Positions 9,609 through 18,356 of a stretch of 33,682 nt of DNA are shown one piece after another. The position numbers and the translations under genes were made by a program. Where the stretch lies: positions 1 to 33,682 of the forward strand of contig JAHISY010000035.1 in the NCBI GenBank assembly GCA_018817365.1, given 5' to 3'. Numbering within the stretch: the stretch's first letter is position 1; every line of letters begins with the position of its first letter. The DNA is from Patescibacteria group bacterium (GTDB lineage: Bacteria > Patescibacteriota > Gracilibacteria > JAHISY01). The notes beneath the pieces were generated by a model that saw nothing but the letters and a program-made list of their open reading frames with translations, did no database searches and was not told where the DNA came from.

Positions 9609-10859
9609 ATGGATTACAAATTCCTACCCGCTGCGGATTCTGAAGTTCACGAGTTGATCAAAAAAGAAGAGCGGAGGCAGGCGAGCGGACTCGAATTAAT
9701 CGCGAGCGAAAACTATGCCTCGTCCGCAGTTTTGGAGGCGATGGCTTCGGTTTTTCAGAATAAATATTCCGAAGGCTACGTAGGGCGAAGATATTACGCG
9801 GGAAATGAAGTTGTCGACGAAATAGAAACGCTCGCAATCGAGCGCGCCAAAAAACTTTTCGGAGCCAATTTTGTGAATGTGCAGGCTCTCTCCGGTTCTC
9901 CCGCAAATTTGGCAGTTTACTTCGCGCTCATCGAGCCGGGCGACAAAATTCTCGGTTTGAAACTTGATCACGGCGGGCACCTCAGCCATGGTCATCCGAT
10001 TAATTTTACCGGCAAAACTTATGATTTCGTTCAGTTTGGCTGCAATCCTAAAACTGGCAGGATTGAAATGGACGAGGTTGAAAAATTGGCTCGCGAACAT
10101 CAGCCAAAAATGATTGTGGCGGGATTCAGCGCTTACTCGCGAGATTTCGACTGGGTTCGTTTTCGTAAAATCGCGGACGAGGTGGGCGCGCTCGCGTTCG
10201 CCGACATTGCCCACATTGCCGGTTTGATTGCGGGCAAACAGATTACCGGACCGATCGAAGCGGGCTTCGATGTGGTTACCACCACGACTCACAAAACTTT
10301 GCGGGGACCGCGGGGAGCTTTGATTTTTTCAAAAAACGAGGAGATCGCCAAAAAAATTAACCGCGCGGTTTTTCCGGGGATTCAAGGCGGACCGCACGAG
10401 CACGTCATTGCGGCGATTGCCGTCGCGCTCGGCGAGGCGCTGCAGCCGGAGTTCGCGGAATATTCCAAGCAAGTTATCGTTAATTCCAAAAAACTCGCGG
10501 CGGAATTGATTTCTCGCGGATTCGAAATCGTGTCCGGCGGGACAGACAATCATTTGATGGTCGTCGATTTACAAAATAAAAATGTCGGCGGTCGCGAATT
10601 TACCACCGCTCTCGATTGCGCGGGAATTTCCGCTTCCGCTTCCACTATTCCGAATGATCCGAACCCGCCGATGAAACCGAGCGGGATTCGATTCGGCACG
10701 CCGGCGATTACCACGCGGGGGATGCGGGAAGCCGAAATGGAAAAAATTGCAGAGTGGATTTCGCAGGTCGCGGGGAATTGGGAAGATTCTGAAAAGTTGA
10801 CGTCAATCAAAAAAGAAGTAGGGGAGCTGGCGGCGCAGTTTCCGGTTCCGGGAATTTAG
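9609..10859 (+). CDS. glyA: Serine hydroxymethyltransferase
   Basis: LIASEN, YSEGYxGRRYYAG, GGHLSHG, TTTTHKTLRGPRG, FPGIQGGP, GGTDNH, SGIRFGT. Confidence 0.97.
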   Translation: MDYKFLPAADSEVHELIKKEERRQASGLELIASENYASSAVLEAMASVFQNKYSEGYVGRRYYAGNEVVDEIETLAIERAKKLFGANFVNVQALSGSPANLAVYFALIEPGDKILGLKLDHGGHLSHGHPINFTGKTYDFVQFGCNPKTGRIEMDEVEKLAREHQPKMIVAGFSAYSRDFDWVRFRKIADEVGALAFADIAHIAGLIAGKQITGPIEAGFDVVTTTTHKTLRGPRGALIFSKNEEIAKKINRAVFPGIQGGPHEHVIAAIAVALGEALQPEFAEYSKQVIVNSKKLAAELISRGFEIVSGGTDNHLMVVDLQNKNVGGREFTTALDCAGISASASTIPNDPNPPMKPSGIRFGTPAITTRGMREAEMEKIAEWISQVAGNWEDSEKLTSIKKEVGELAAQFPVPGI

Positions 10860-11012
10860 TCAATGTGCGATGGACAATATTGCTTGTTGAAAAATATTTA
10901 AACGAGGCGGATTACAAAAAAGCGGTTTAATCCGACGGGCTACCCAACACCAGGGAATTTAGTTTTTTGAATCAACTTCTAACTTAATTTCGAAAGAATA
11001 ATTTGACTTTTC

Positions 11013-11231
11013 TTATTTTGGATCATTTATTTTGTTTAACATCTTCAAAAGCATCGCAAGTGCTTTTCGCGGATTTTGTGAATTATTAAAAGTAGCCAAA
11101 ATTTCATCTCTAAAAATAAGTATTGATCCGAACTCTTCTTCATCGAGAAGGTAATTCAAGTCTCCCTCTAATAAGGTATTATTACAGGCAATGATTCCTT
11201 CTTTGAATTCGCGAGAAATAAAGGTTTTCAT
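11013..11231 (-). CDS. Small hypothetical protein
   Basis: 72-aa ATG ORF in an AT-rich stretch; no motif recognised. Confidence 0.5.
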   Translation of the reverse strand: MKTFISREFKEGIIACNNTLLEGDLNYLLDEEEFGSILIFRDEILATFNNSQNPRKALAMLLKMLNKINDPK

Positions 11232-11276
11232 CTATTTTTTAGTCGTTTAAAATTAAAAAAGCTTCGGGTCGGGAGT

Positions 11277-11483
11277 CTAAAGAACTGGCTGTAAAGTTCT
11301 AGAAATAAGAAATCGACTTACTCTATTAACCTGAAGAGCAATAGTATCTATTTCGTGCGAGTTGTCGATAGAGCTGTTTGGCTTCAAGCTGGGTCGGAAA
11401 CTAGCTCCTAAAGCAGTTTGTAAATCTATTTCGATTTCTTGAGCACCTTTGGGATTTTTATTGTTATCGTTTTCGTTTTCCAT
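11277..11483 (-). CDS. Small hypothetical protein
   Basis: 68-aa ATG ORF preceded by the TTAACC motif seen before other genes. Confidence 0.5.
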   Translation of the reverse strand: MENENDNNKNPKGAQEIEIDLQTALGASFRPSLKPNSSIDNSHEIDTIALQVNRVSRFLISRTLQPVL

Positions 11484-11546
11484 AATTTAGTTGGTTAAAA
11501 ATAAAAAGGAGGTAAAATTAACTCACTTCTTTTTTAAAAGCAAACC

Positions 11547-12833
11547 ATGAAAAGCATTAAAATCGGTATCATCGGCTTCGGCGTCGTCGGCTCGGGTGTA
11601 GTGAAAGTTTTGCAAAAAAATTCCGCTGAAATTGAAAAACGAGTTGGCAGGAAGATTGAGATTGCGGCAATTGCGGATCTCGATTTGAAAACTGATCGCG
11701 GAGTAAAAATTGACCGCAAAATTCTCACGACTGACGGATTCGCGGTTTGCCGGAATCCTAAAATTGACGTCGTCGTCGAGCTCGTCGGCGGGACGGGGAT
11801 TGCCGCCAAATTCATCGAAACCGCGCTCGAAAACGGGAAACACGTGATTACCGCGAACAAAGCTTTGCTCTCCGAAAAAGGCGAAAAGCTTTTTCAGCTT
11901 GCGGAGAAAAAAAAGAAGCTCCTTCTTTTCGAAGCGGCGGTGGGAGGCGCGATTCCCATCATTCGCACGATTAAAACTTCACTCGCGGGCGAGCAAATCG
12001 AAAAAATTTATGGAATCCTCAACGGGACTTGCAACTACATTCTCACGAAATTGGCGAACGAAGGCGGTGACTTTGCCGAAGTTCTCGCCGACGCGCAAAA
12101 ACGCGGTTTTGCGGAAGCCGATCCGACGCTCGATATTGAGGGCGGTGACACCGCTCACAAAATCGCTTTGCTTGCGTCGATCGCGTTTGGTACGCAGGTG
12201 GATTTCAAACAAATTCACATCGAAGGCATCACGAAGCTGTCGGCTGCCGATTTCGAATTTGCGCGACGGTTGCAGCGCAAAATTAAACTCATTGCCGTCG
12301 CTAAAAAGGAAAATGGCTCGCTCGAAATTCGCGTTAATCCGACTTTGCTTTCCGTCGACTCTCCGCTTGCAAAAATTGACGGTGTGACGAATGCAGTTGC
12401 CTTTCACGGTAAAAATTTAGGTGAGATTATTCTTTCCGGACCGGGGGCAGGGAGTCTGCCGACTGCGACGGCTGTCGTCGGCGATATCATCGAAGCAGCG
12501 CGCGGTTCAGGCATAGCGAATCGTGGCATGGCGGAAGATTCGCTCGAAAAATTTCCAATCAAAAAAATTGAAAATGTTGAGAGTGAATATTATTTGCGTT
12601 TCGGCGTGAAGGATGAGGCGGGCGTGATTCGTGATATTTCGAAAGTATTGGCGAAATTTGATTTGAATATTCGCGACATCCTCCAGCTTGATTTGAAAGA
12701 ATTTCAACGCGAAGTTCCGCTTGTTATTTTGCTGCATAAAAATTCCGAATCGAAAATTCGAAAAGCAGTGGGGGAGATCAATCGGTTGAAATGCGTGTGC
12801 GGAAAAACGGTTGTTTTACGAGTAGAAGAATGA
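11547..12833 (+). CDS. hom: Homoserine dehydrogenase with C-terminal ACT domain
   Basis: GFGVVGSG, VITANKAL, FEAAVGGAIP, GILNGTCNYIL, GFAEADP, GPGAGxxPTA, then ACT-like YYLRFxVxDExGV. Confidence 0.95.
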   Translation: MKSIKIGIIGFGVVGSGVVKVLQKNSAEIEKRVGRKIEIAAIADLDLKTDRGVKIDRKILTTDGFAVCRNPKIDVVVELVGGTGIAAKFIETALENGKHVITANKALLSEKGEKLFQLAEKKKKLLLFEAAVGGAIPIIRTIKTSLAGEQIEKIYGILNGTCNYILTKLANEGGDFAEVLADAQKRGFAEADPTLDIEGGDTAHKIALLASIAFGTQVDFKQIHIEGITKLSAADFEFARRLQRKIKLIAVAKKENGSLEIRVNPTLLSVDSPLAKIDGVTNAVAFHGKNLGEIILSGPGAGSLPTATAVVGDIIEAARGSGIANRGMAEDSLEKFPIKKIENVESEYYLRFGVKDEAGVIRDISKVLAKFDLNIRDILQLDLKEFQREVPLVILLHKNSESKIRKAVGEINRLKCVCGKTVVLRVEE

Positions 12834-12866
12834 ATCAAGCAGTTTTCGTGCTAAAATCCAAATGAA

Positions 12867-13016
12867 ATGAATCTTCAAGCAGGCACCATTACGCAAAGAA
12901 ATACCCGTAAGATTTTGCGGGGAGTTAGTCCGTGGGAAAAAGTTCGAGGAATTTGGAAAGATAAAAAAATTGACAGCCTAAAACATCAGCAAAAAATTCG
13001 CCAAGAATGGAAATAA
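12867..13016 (+). CDS. Putative antitoxin, 49 aa (absent from the ORF track)
   Basis: MNLQAGTITQRNTRKILRGVSPWEKVRGIWKDKKIDSLKHQQKIRQEWK*. The GIWKD...IRxEW tail is typical of PIN-toxin partners; overlaps the PIN gene start by 10 nt. Confidence 0.7.
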   Translation: MNLQAGTITQRNTRKILRGVSPWEKVRGIWKDKKIDSLKHQQKIRQEWK

Positions 13017-13375
13017 TTACACTCGATACAAACGCGGTAATTGACTATTTTAAGGGTGTTTCAGATGTGGTGAAAAAAATTGATGGTTTACGCGAGAAGG
13101 GTGTGCGCTTTGCTGTTTCCGTAATTGTAGAATTGGAACTTTTGAGTTTACCGAACCTTGATTCTCTCGACGAGTTGCAAATTTTAGACTGGTTAACCCA
13201 GATTTATGTTTTGCCAGTTGATTCAGCGATAGCTCGCCAAGCTGCTGAAATTCGCAGAGAAATGAAGATCAAAACTCCTGATGCGATTGTGGCTGCTACG
13301 GCAGTTTTTCTTGGAGGTAAATTTATTTCGCGAGATAAAAAATTGCAAAAAATAAAAGGGTTAAAGCTAATCTGA
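13007..13375 (+). CDS. vapC: PIN-domain ribonuclease, VapC family toxin
   Basis: LDTNAVI, SVIVELEL, PDAIVAATA, SRD acidic residues. Confidence 0.9.
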   Translation: MEIITLDTNAVIDYFKGVSDVVKKIDGLREKGVRFAVSVIVELELLSLPNLDSLDELQILDWLTQIYVLPVDSAIARQAAEIRREMKIKTPDAIVAATAVFLGGKFISRDKKLQKIKGLKLI

Positions 13376-13417
13376 TTTTTTCGGCTAAACTCCAAATAAT
13401 TTTTTAAGTTCTGCGTT

Positions 13418-14545
13418 TTGCATTCTAAATTCAAGGTCGCTCTCGTTCACGATTGGCTCACTGATTTCGGCGGGGCAGAGCGCGTGCTGCTTGCTTTCCA
13501 TGAGTTGTTTCCCGATGCGCCGATTTTCACCACTTTTTTTCGACCGGAGAATTTGCCGATGTTCGCGGATGCGGATATTCGAACAAGCTACCTTCAAAAA
13601 ATTCCGTTTGCGCGGAAACACCACCGTCTCTTTTTTCCGATGATGCCGGCGGCGGTTGAGTCGTGGGATTTCGGCGAATTCGATCTCGTGATTTCCGACA
13701 GTTCGTCCGGCTGTGCGAAAGGAATCATCACGAAGCCGGAGACGCTCCACATTTGCTACTGCCACAATCCGAACCGCGCATTGTGGGACGGCGCTCACGA
13801 ATACCTTCGCCTTCACGAAAAGAACTTTAATTTTCTCGCGCGGAAAATGATTCCTCGACAACTGATGAAGATGCGGATGTGGGATCGCGTGGCGGCTGAT
13901 CGCGTCGATTATTTTCTCGCGAATTCCGAATTTGTGGCTAAGCGGATTCAAAAATATTATCAGCGGGAAGCCACCGTGATTCATCCGCCGGTAGAGACGA
14001 AGCAATTCGTTCCATCTGAAAAGAAGCCGGCGAATTATTTTCTCGCGGTCGGACGGCTGATTCCATACAAACGCTTCGATCTCGCGATTCAAGCTGCAAA
14101 TGTTCTCGGGGTGAAACTTCGAATCGTCGGAATCGGTCCGGAGGAAAAAAGGTTGCGGGCGATGGCTGGTCCGACGGTGACATTTTTTGGAAAAGTTTCA
14201 GAGGAGACATTGCAGAGAATGTATTCCGAATGCCGCGCTCTCATTTTTCCGCAAGTCGAGGATTTCGGACTCACCGCCGTCGAGGTGCAGGCTTCCGGTC
14301 GACCGGTCGTTGCATTTCATGGCGGGGGCGCGCTTGAGACGATTCGGCAAAATCAAACCGGAATTTTTTTCAATCAGCAAACCGTTTCTTCGCTCGCGGA
14401 TGCGATGCAGCGCACGATTCGGAAGCGGTGGGTAAAAAAGTCAATCGTGAAAAACGCGGAGCGGTTTGACACGGATAAATTCAAAAAGCGGATTTTGGAG
14501 TTTGTGGAGGAGAAGCTGGAGGAAATTTATACCGCTTCGCAATAG
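13418..14545 (+). CDS. Glycosyltransferase family 4 (GT-B)
   Basis: KVALVHDWLxxxGGAERV, YCHxP, ANSxFV, VGRLIPYKR, EDFGLTAVEVQASGRPV; TTG start uncertain (lies inside a heptamer repeat). Confidence 0.92.
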   Translation: MHSKFKVALVHDWLTDFGGAERVLLAFHELFPDAPIFTTFFRPENLPMFADADIRTSYLQKIPFARKHHRLFFPMMPAAVESWDFGEFDLVISDSSSGCAKGIITKPETLHICYCHNPNRALWDGAHEYLRLHEKNFNFLARKMIPRQLMKMRMWDRVAADRVDYFLANSEFVAKRIQKYYQREATVIHPPVETKQFVPSEKKPANYFLAVGRLIPYKRFDLAIQAANVLGVKLRIVGIGPEEKRLRAMAGPTVTFFGKVSEETLQRMYSECRALIFPQVEDFGLTAVEVQASGRPVVAFHGGGALETIRQNQTGIFFNQQTVSSLADAMQRTIRKRWVKKSIVKNAERFDTDKFKKRILEFVEEKLEEIYTASQ

Positions 14546-14657
14546 AAATACTACAGCCTACATTTTTATAAATTAATTCTACTACTAAGATTTAATCTTT
14601 TTAGTACCAATGCTGCGCGGTATTAATAGCTTTTCTATCGTAGATTGGTATTAAAAA

Positions 14658-15260
14658 CTAAAATCTTTTCTCCACATCGAAATAGTCAATCTTCCATTCG
14701 CCATTTCTCAAAACCAAGAAAGCCTTTTTTAGCTCGCCGTGAGTTTCTCGATCAAAAGTCCATACCGCCGATTTTCGGAAACGGAAAACTTTCGTGGTGA
14801 GTTTGCTTTCTGATTCGACTCTCTCGAAATCGGAAATCTCGATTTTTCCTGAAATTTCATTATCCATTGACTCCTGCAATCTTGCGGCATATGTCTCTGC
14901 GCTTCCCACCAAAAATTCGCGAGTGCGAATTGCGGTGGCCTCCGCGTAATTTCCCGCGTTGATTTCCTCGAAATATTTCCGCAATGCAGCCTCCGCATTC
15001 CGCCACATCTGCTCGTCGATTTCGATCGCGGTTTCCGCGGCAGGAGAATCAAAAGAAGTTGTCGAAACGGGAGAAATTGAAGTGGCGGGAGAGGCGAGGC
15101 GGATTTCGGTTTTCTCCTCGCGAGCGATCGGTTCCGCGCGCGGGCGATTCAAGCTTGCATCGAGTTTCACGAGGACATACGCGCTCGTCACCGTGAAGAA
15201 CGCGAGACCGACAAGCGCGAAAGCGAGCTTCGTTTCATGTTTTCTTTTTTGAAAAGACAT
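14658..15260 (-). CDS. Hypothetical membrane-anchored protein, possible NTF2-like C-terminal domain
   Basis: ATG 15260 directly after the upstream stop; one N-terminal TM segment, Ser/Thr/Pro linker, YFxxINxGNY ... LVLRNGEWKID. Confidence 0.75.
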   Translation of the reverse strand: MSFQKRKHETKLAFALVGLAFFTVTSAYVLVKLDASLNRPRAEPIAREEKTEIRLASPATSISPVSTTSFDSPAAETAIEIDEQMWRNAEAALRKYFEEINAGNYAEATAIRTREFLVGSAETYAARLQESMDNEISGKIEISDFERVESESKLTTKVFRFRKSAVWTFDRETHGELKKAFLVLRNGEWKIDYFDVEKRF

Positions 15261-15261
15261 T

Positions 15262-16194
15262 TTAAAGTTTGCCAAAAATTTGTTTCGCGATTCCCGCTCC
15301 ATCCAATTTATATTTTCGCAGCAAATCGTCTGTTTTTCCGCTCTCTCCGAATTCATCTCGCATTCCGATTCGCATTAATTTCGAATTCACTCCGCTCTCC
15401 GCGATCAGCTCCGCAATCGCGCTTCCCAAACCGCCGATGATTGAGTGATCTTCGGCAGTGAAAACTTTTTTGAATTTTTTCAAAAGCGGCAGAATCGTTC
15501 GGGTGTCGAGTGGTTTCAGAGTCGAAACATTCACCACTCCCACATTCTTCCCACGCGTTTTCAAAATCGCCGCGGCTTCAGTCGCGAATGGCACTTCCGT
15601 GCCGATTGCGAAAATTATGCCGTCTTTTCCATTCCGCAAAACATCGGCTCGACCGAGCTTTGCGCGGAATTTCGAGTCGTAAACTGTCGGAATTTTTTGC
15701 CGACCGAGACGGAGGTAGCAGGCTGTTTTTTCCCTTGCAATCAGCGGAATCATCGCGCGCGCTTCGAAATAATCGGCGGGGCAGTAAATCCGCATTCCTG
15801 GCAGTCCTCTCATTAAATTCAAATCTTCCAAAGCTTGGTGAGTCGCGCCGTCCTCGCCTGTCAAAATTCCCGCGTGGCTGCCGACGATTTTCACATTATT
15901 TTCCGAGTAGCAAACAGACTGTCGGATTTGATTGTAAGTCAATCCTGTCGCAAAAACCGCGAAACTCGCTGCGAACGGAATCTTCCCGCCGCGAGCGAGG
16001 CCCGCCGAGATGCCAATTAAATTCGCCTCCGCGATGCCGACATTCCATGCGCGGCGCGGATATTTTTCCGCAAATTTCAACGTCTGCACCGAATGCCGCA
16101 AATCGGCATCCACCACCACCACTTCCGGAATTTTTTCCGCGATGTCGAGCAGCCCGTCGCCGAAGCCCTCGCGCGTCGATTTTTGTTCGTTCAT
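15262..16194 (-). CDS. Transketolase, C-terminal (pyrimidine-binding) subunit
   Basis: STREGFG, DADL, NVGIAEANL, GEDGATHQ, YLRLGR, EDHSIIGGLG, DEFGESG; ATG 16194 lies 7 nt after TGt-TAAAAT. Confidence 0.92.
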   Translation of the reverse strand: MNEQKSTREGFGDGLLDIAEKIPEVVVVDADLRHSVQTLKFAEKYPRRAWNVGIAEANLIGISAGLARGGKIPFAASFAVFATGLTYNQIRQSVCYSENNVKIVGSHAGILTGEDGATHQALEDLNLMRGLPGMRIYCPADYFEARAMIPLIAREKTACYLRLGRQKIPTVYDSKFRAKLGRADVLRNGKDGIIFAIGTEVPFATEAAAILKTRGKNVGVVNVSTLKPLDTRTILPLLKKFKKVFTAEDHSIIGGLGSAIAELIAESGVNSKLMRIGMRDEFGESGKTDDLLRKYKLDGAGIAKQIFGKL

Positions 16195-16349
16195 CTTTTG
16201 AATTTTAACACCTTCAAAACCTTTTAAAAAAAGATTTGCGTTTTCTTTAAAAGAAGCTAAACTCTTCAAACTTTTCGGGAAAATCGGTTTAAGGAGGGTT
16301 AATTCTTTCCGCAACCATTTCAACGGAAAGGTATTTAACCCCCTTTAAA

Positions 16350-16688
16350 ATGTCTGATGATCAGACAACCGCGGACGATGCTGCGGACGCTCCTGCCGAC
16401 AAGGCTCAACAAAAGGAGCAACCAGTCGCCGGTGGCGACAAAACCCTCACCTGCGAGGAATGCGGGAAAGATTTTATCTTTACCGCCGGAGAGCAGGAGT
16501 TTTACGAGGAGAAAGGTTTCACTCCTCCGAAGCGCTGCCCGGATTGCCGCGCTGCCAAAAAAGCCGCTGGACGGCAGTTCACGAAAGTGACCTGCGCGGG
16601 ATGCGGAAAAGAAACTGAGGTGCCTTTCGTGCCGAGCGGAGACCGACCGGTCTACTGCCGCGAGTGTTTCGAGGCGCAAAATCGATAA
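16350..16688 (+). CDS. Zinc-ribbon protein with CxxC-x17-CxxC domain
   Basis: DKTLTCEECGKDFIFTAGEQEFY...PKRCPDCR and CAGCG...VPFVPSGDRPVYCRECF. Confidence 0.9.
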   Translation: MSDDQTTADDAADAPADKAQQKEQPVAGGDKTLTCEECGKDFIFTAGEQEFYEEKGFTPPKRCPDCRAAKKAAGRQFTKVTCAGCGKETEVPFVPSGDRPVYCRECFEAQNR

Positions 16689-16710
16689 TTTTTCTTATCG
16701 AAAAAAAGAG

Positions 16711-16734
16711 GAGGGTCGCAAGACCCTCTTTTTT
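16711..16734 (+). terminator. Intrinsic terminator
   Basis: gagggtc-gcaa-gaccctc-tttttt; an upstream A-run may allow use on the minus strand. Confidence 0.85.
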
Positions 16735-16742
16735 ATTTTATT

Positions 16743-17093
16743 TCAAAAAATCCGCGACAAAATCAAACTTCCGAAAACAACGACCGCGATCAAAATCAGC
16801 CAGCCGAGCAAACCCATCTGCCGCTGCCGCTCCTCCAGTTTCCGCCGCGATTCAGTCTCCACCATTTTTTCCACGCAGTTACCGCAGCGCATTTCACTGA
16901 TTTCCACCGCGTCGCCGCAACCGTCGCAGTGGATTTTCGTCAAAAAAGTTTTGCAGTGGCGGCATTTTTTTGCATTTTTTTCAATCAACTCCGCGCACCA
17001 CGGACATTTCCGCAAATTCAAATCGACGCCGCAGAATTTACACTTCAGCGCGTCGTCTTTGATTTTTTCGCCGCAAGCGGGGCAATCTTTCAT
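16743..17093 (-). CDS. Multi zinc-ribbon protein with C-terminal TM helix
   Basis: Six CxxC pairs (CPAC, CKFC, CPWC, CRHC, CDGC, CGNC); ATG 17093 preferred because the longer N-terminus translates repeat DNA. Confidence 0.8.
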   Translation of the reverse strand: MKDCPACGEKIKDDALKCKFCGVDLNLRKCPWCAELIEKNAKKCRHCKTFLTKIHCDGCGDAVEISEMRCGNCVEKMVETESRRKLEERQRQMGLLGWLILIAVVVFGSLILSRIF

Positions 17094-17217
17094 AGTTAGT
17101 AGTTTGTAGTTAGTAGTTTGTGGCAGGAATTTCAAATTTCTAATTTTAAATTTCAAAATCCCAAAGGGATCGCTTCGTCGACAATTTTTAATTTCTTAAT
17201 TATTTAATTTTAAACAA
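17094..17217. repeat. Heptamer arrays plus an AT-rich element with a nested palindrome
   Basis: (agttagt agtttgt)x2 at 17094-17121; TTTCTAA-type array 17128-17217 interrupted by atcccaaagggatcgcttcgtcg. Confidence 0.75.
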
Positions 17218-17286
17218 ACACTTACAACAAGTTAATAACTAGGATGAGTTTAACACCGTTGTTGGCTCTGCTAAAATCTCGCTACA

Positions 17287-18291
17287 ATGAAAAAAATTAA
17301 AGTGGCGATCAACGGCTATGGGCGGATTGGGAGATGCTTCCACCGCCAGATTTTGGGCGACTCTTCGATTGAAATCGTCGCGATCAATTCTCGTTCCGAC
17401 GCGGCGACACACGCGCACCTTTTGAAATACGATTCGATTTATGGGACGCTTTCAAACAAGATTGACTCGCGAGAGGGCGAGCTGATTGTCGATGGGAACA
17501 AAATTAAAGTTTTCGAGGGAATTCCCGGAAAAGATTTCCGGTGGGATGATTTGAAAATTGATGTGGTCATTGAAGCGACTGGGATGTTAGTCGACTACAC
17601 GCGCGCGGAGATGCACCTCTCTGCCGGCGCGCGAAAAGTTCTCGTGACTGCGCCGTGCAATGACATTCGGATTCCGACTTTCGTGATGGGGGTGAATGAC
17701 GGTGAATACGATTCGAATTCGAAAATTCTTTCGAACGCGAGCTGCACGACGAATTGTCTCGCGCCGCTGGCGATGGTTTTGCATGAAAATTTCGGCATCC
17801 GCCGCGCGCAACTTTCCACCGTCCACGCCGTGACGGGCAATCAAAATATCCTCGACAATTCCAGCGCGGATTTGCGCCGCGCGAGGAGTTTCCTGCCGTC
17901 GATCGTTCCGACCAAAACCGGAGTTTCTTCCGCGCTCGCGCGAGTGTTGCCGGAGCTTGCTTCGAAATTCAGCGGCGTGAGTCTGCGCGTGCCGACTTTG
18001 ATTGTCTCGTTGGTCGATCTCACCGCGGAGCTGGAAAAGGAGGTTTCCGCTGAAGATGTGAATGCGGCGATTGAAAAAGCGGCGGCGGGGAAGTTGGCGG
18101 GGATTCTAGGCATTGAAAAAACTCCGCTCGTCTCCATCGACTTCAAAGGCGATTTCCGCAGTTCGATTGTCGATGCGGAAAATACAAAAGTGGTCGGCGG
18201 CAAACTGCTAAAAATTCTCGCGTGGTATGACAACGAATGGGGCTATTCGGCGCGCGTGGTGGATTTGGTGAAGCTCTGCGGCATGAATTAA
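17287..18291 (+). CDS. gap: Type I glyceraldehyde-3-phosphate dehydrogenase
   Basis: INGYGRIGR, HLLKYDS, SNASCTTNCLAP, DLRRAR, LRVPT, WYDNEWGY. Confidence 0.97.
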   Translation: MKKIKVAINGYGRIGRCFHRQILGDSSIEIVAINSRSDAATHAHLLKYDSIYGTLSNKIDSREGELIVDGNKIKVFEGIPGKDFRWDDLKIDVVIEATGMLVDYTRAEMHLSAGARKVLVTAPCNDIRIPTFVMGVNDGEYDSNSKILSNASCTTNCLAPLAMVLHENFGIRRAQLSTVHAVTGNQNILDNSSADLRRARSFLPSIVPTKTGVSSALARVLPELASKFSGVSLRVPTLIVSLVDLTAELEKEVSAEDVNAAIEKAAAGKLAGILGIEKTPLVSIDFKGDFRSSIVDAENTKVVGGKLLKILAWYDNEWGYSARVVDLVKLCGMN

Positions 18292-18300
18292 TGCAGGAAA

Positions 18301-18330
18301 AAGAAGCCGAGCTGAGTAGTTCGACTTCTT
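18301..18330. terminator. Hairpin between convergent genes
   Basis: aagaagccgagct-gagt-agttcgacttctt. Confidence 0.55.
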
Positions 18331-18356
18331 CTCCTTGATTCGAAATGCAGACCTCA

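Noticed and set aside
13385..14092. Long antisense and alternate-frame ORFs (e.g. 13385-14092, 9696-10292, 15510-16208, 16335-16679, 22805-23356)
   Set aside because: They overlap well-supported genes and lack motifs; expected shadows of codon bias
16195..16323. N-terminal extensions in the ORF track (transketolase 16323, 15356, 17156, 2148, 3551, 21691)
   Set aside because: They translate promoter or repeat DNA or overlap neighbours; downstream ATGs fit family N-termini or promoter spacing better
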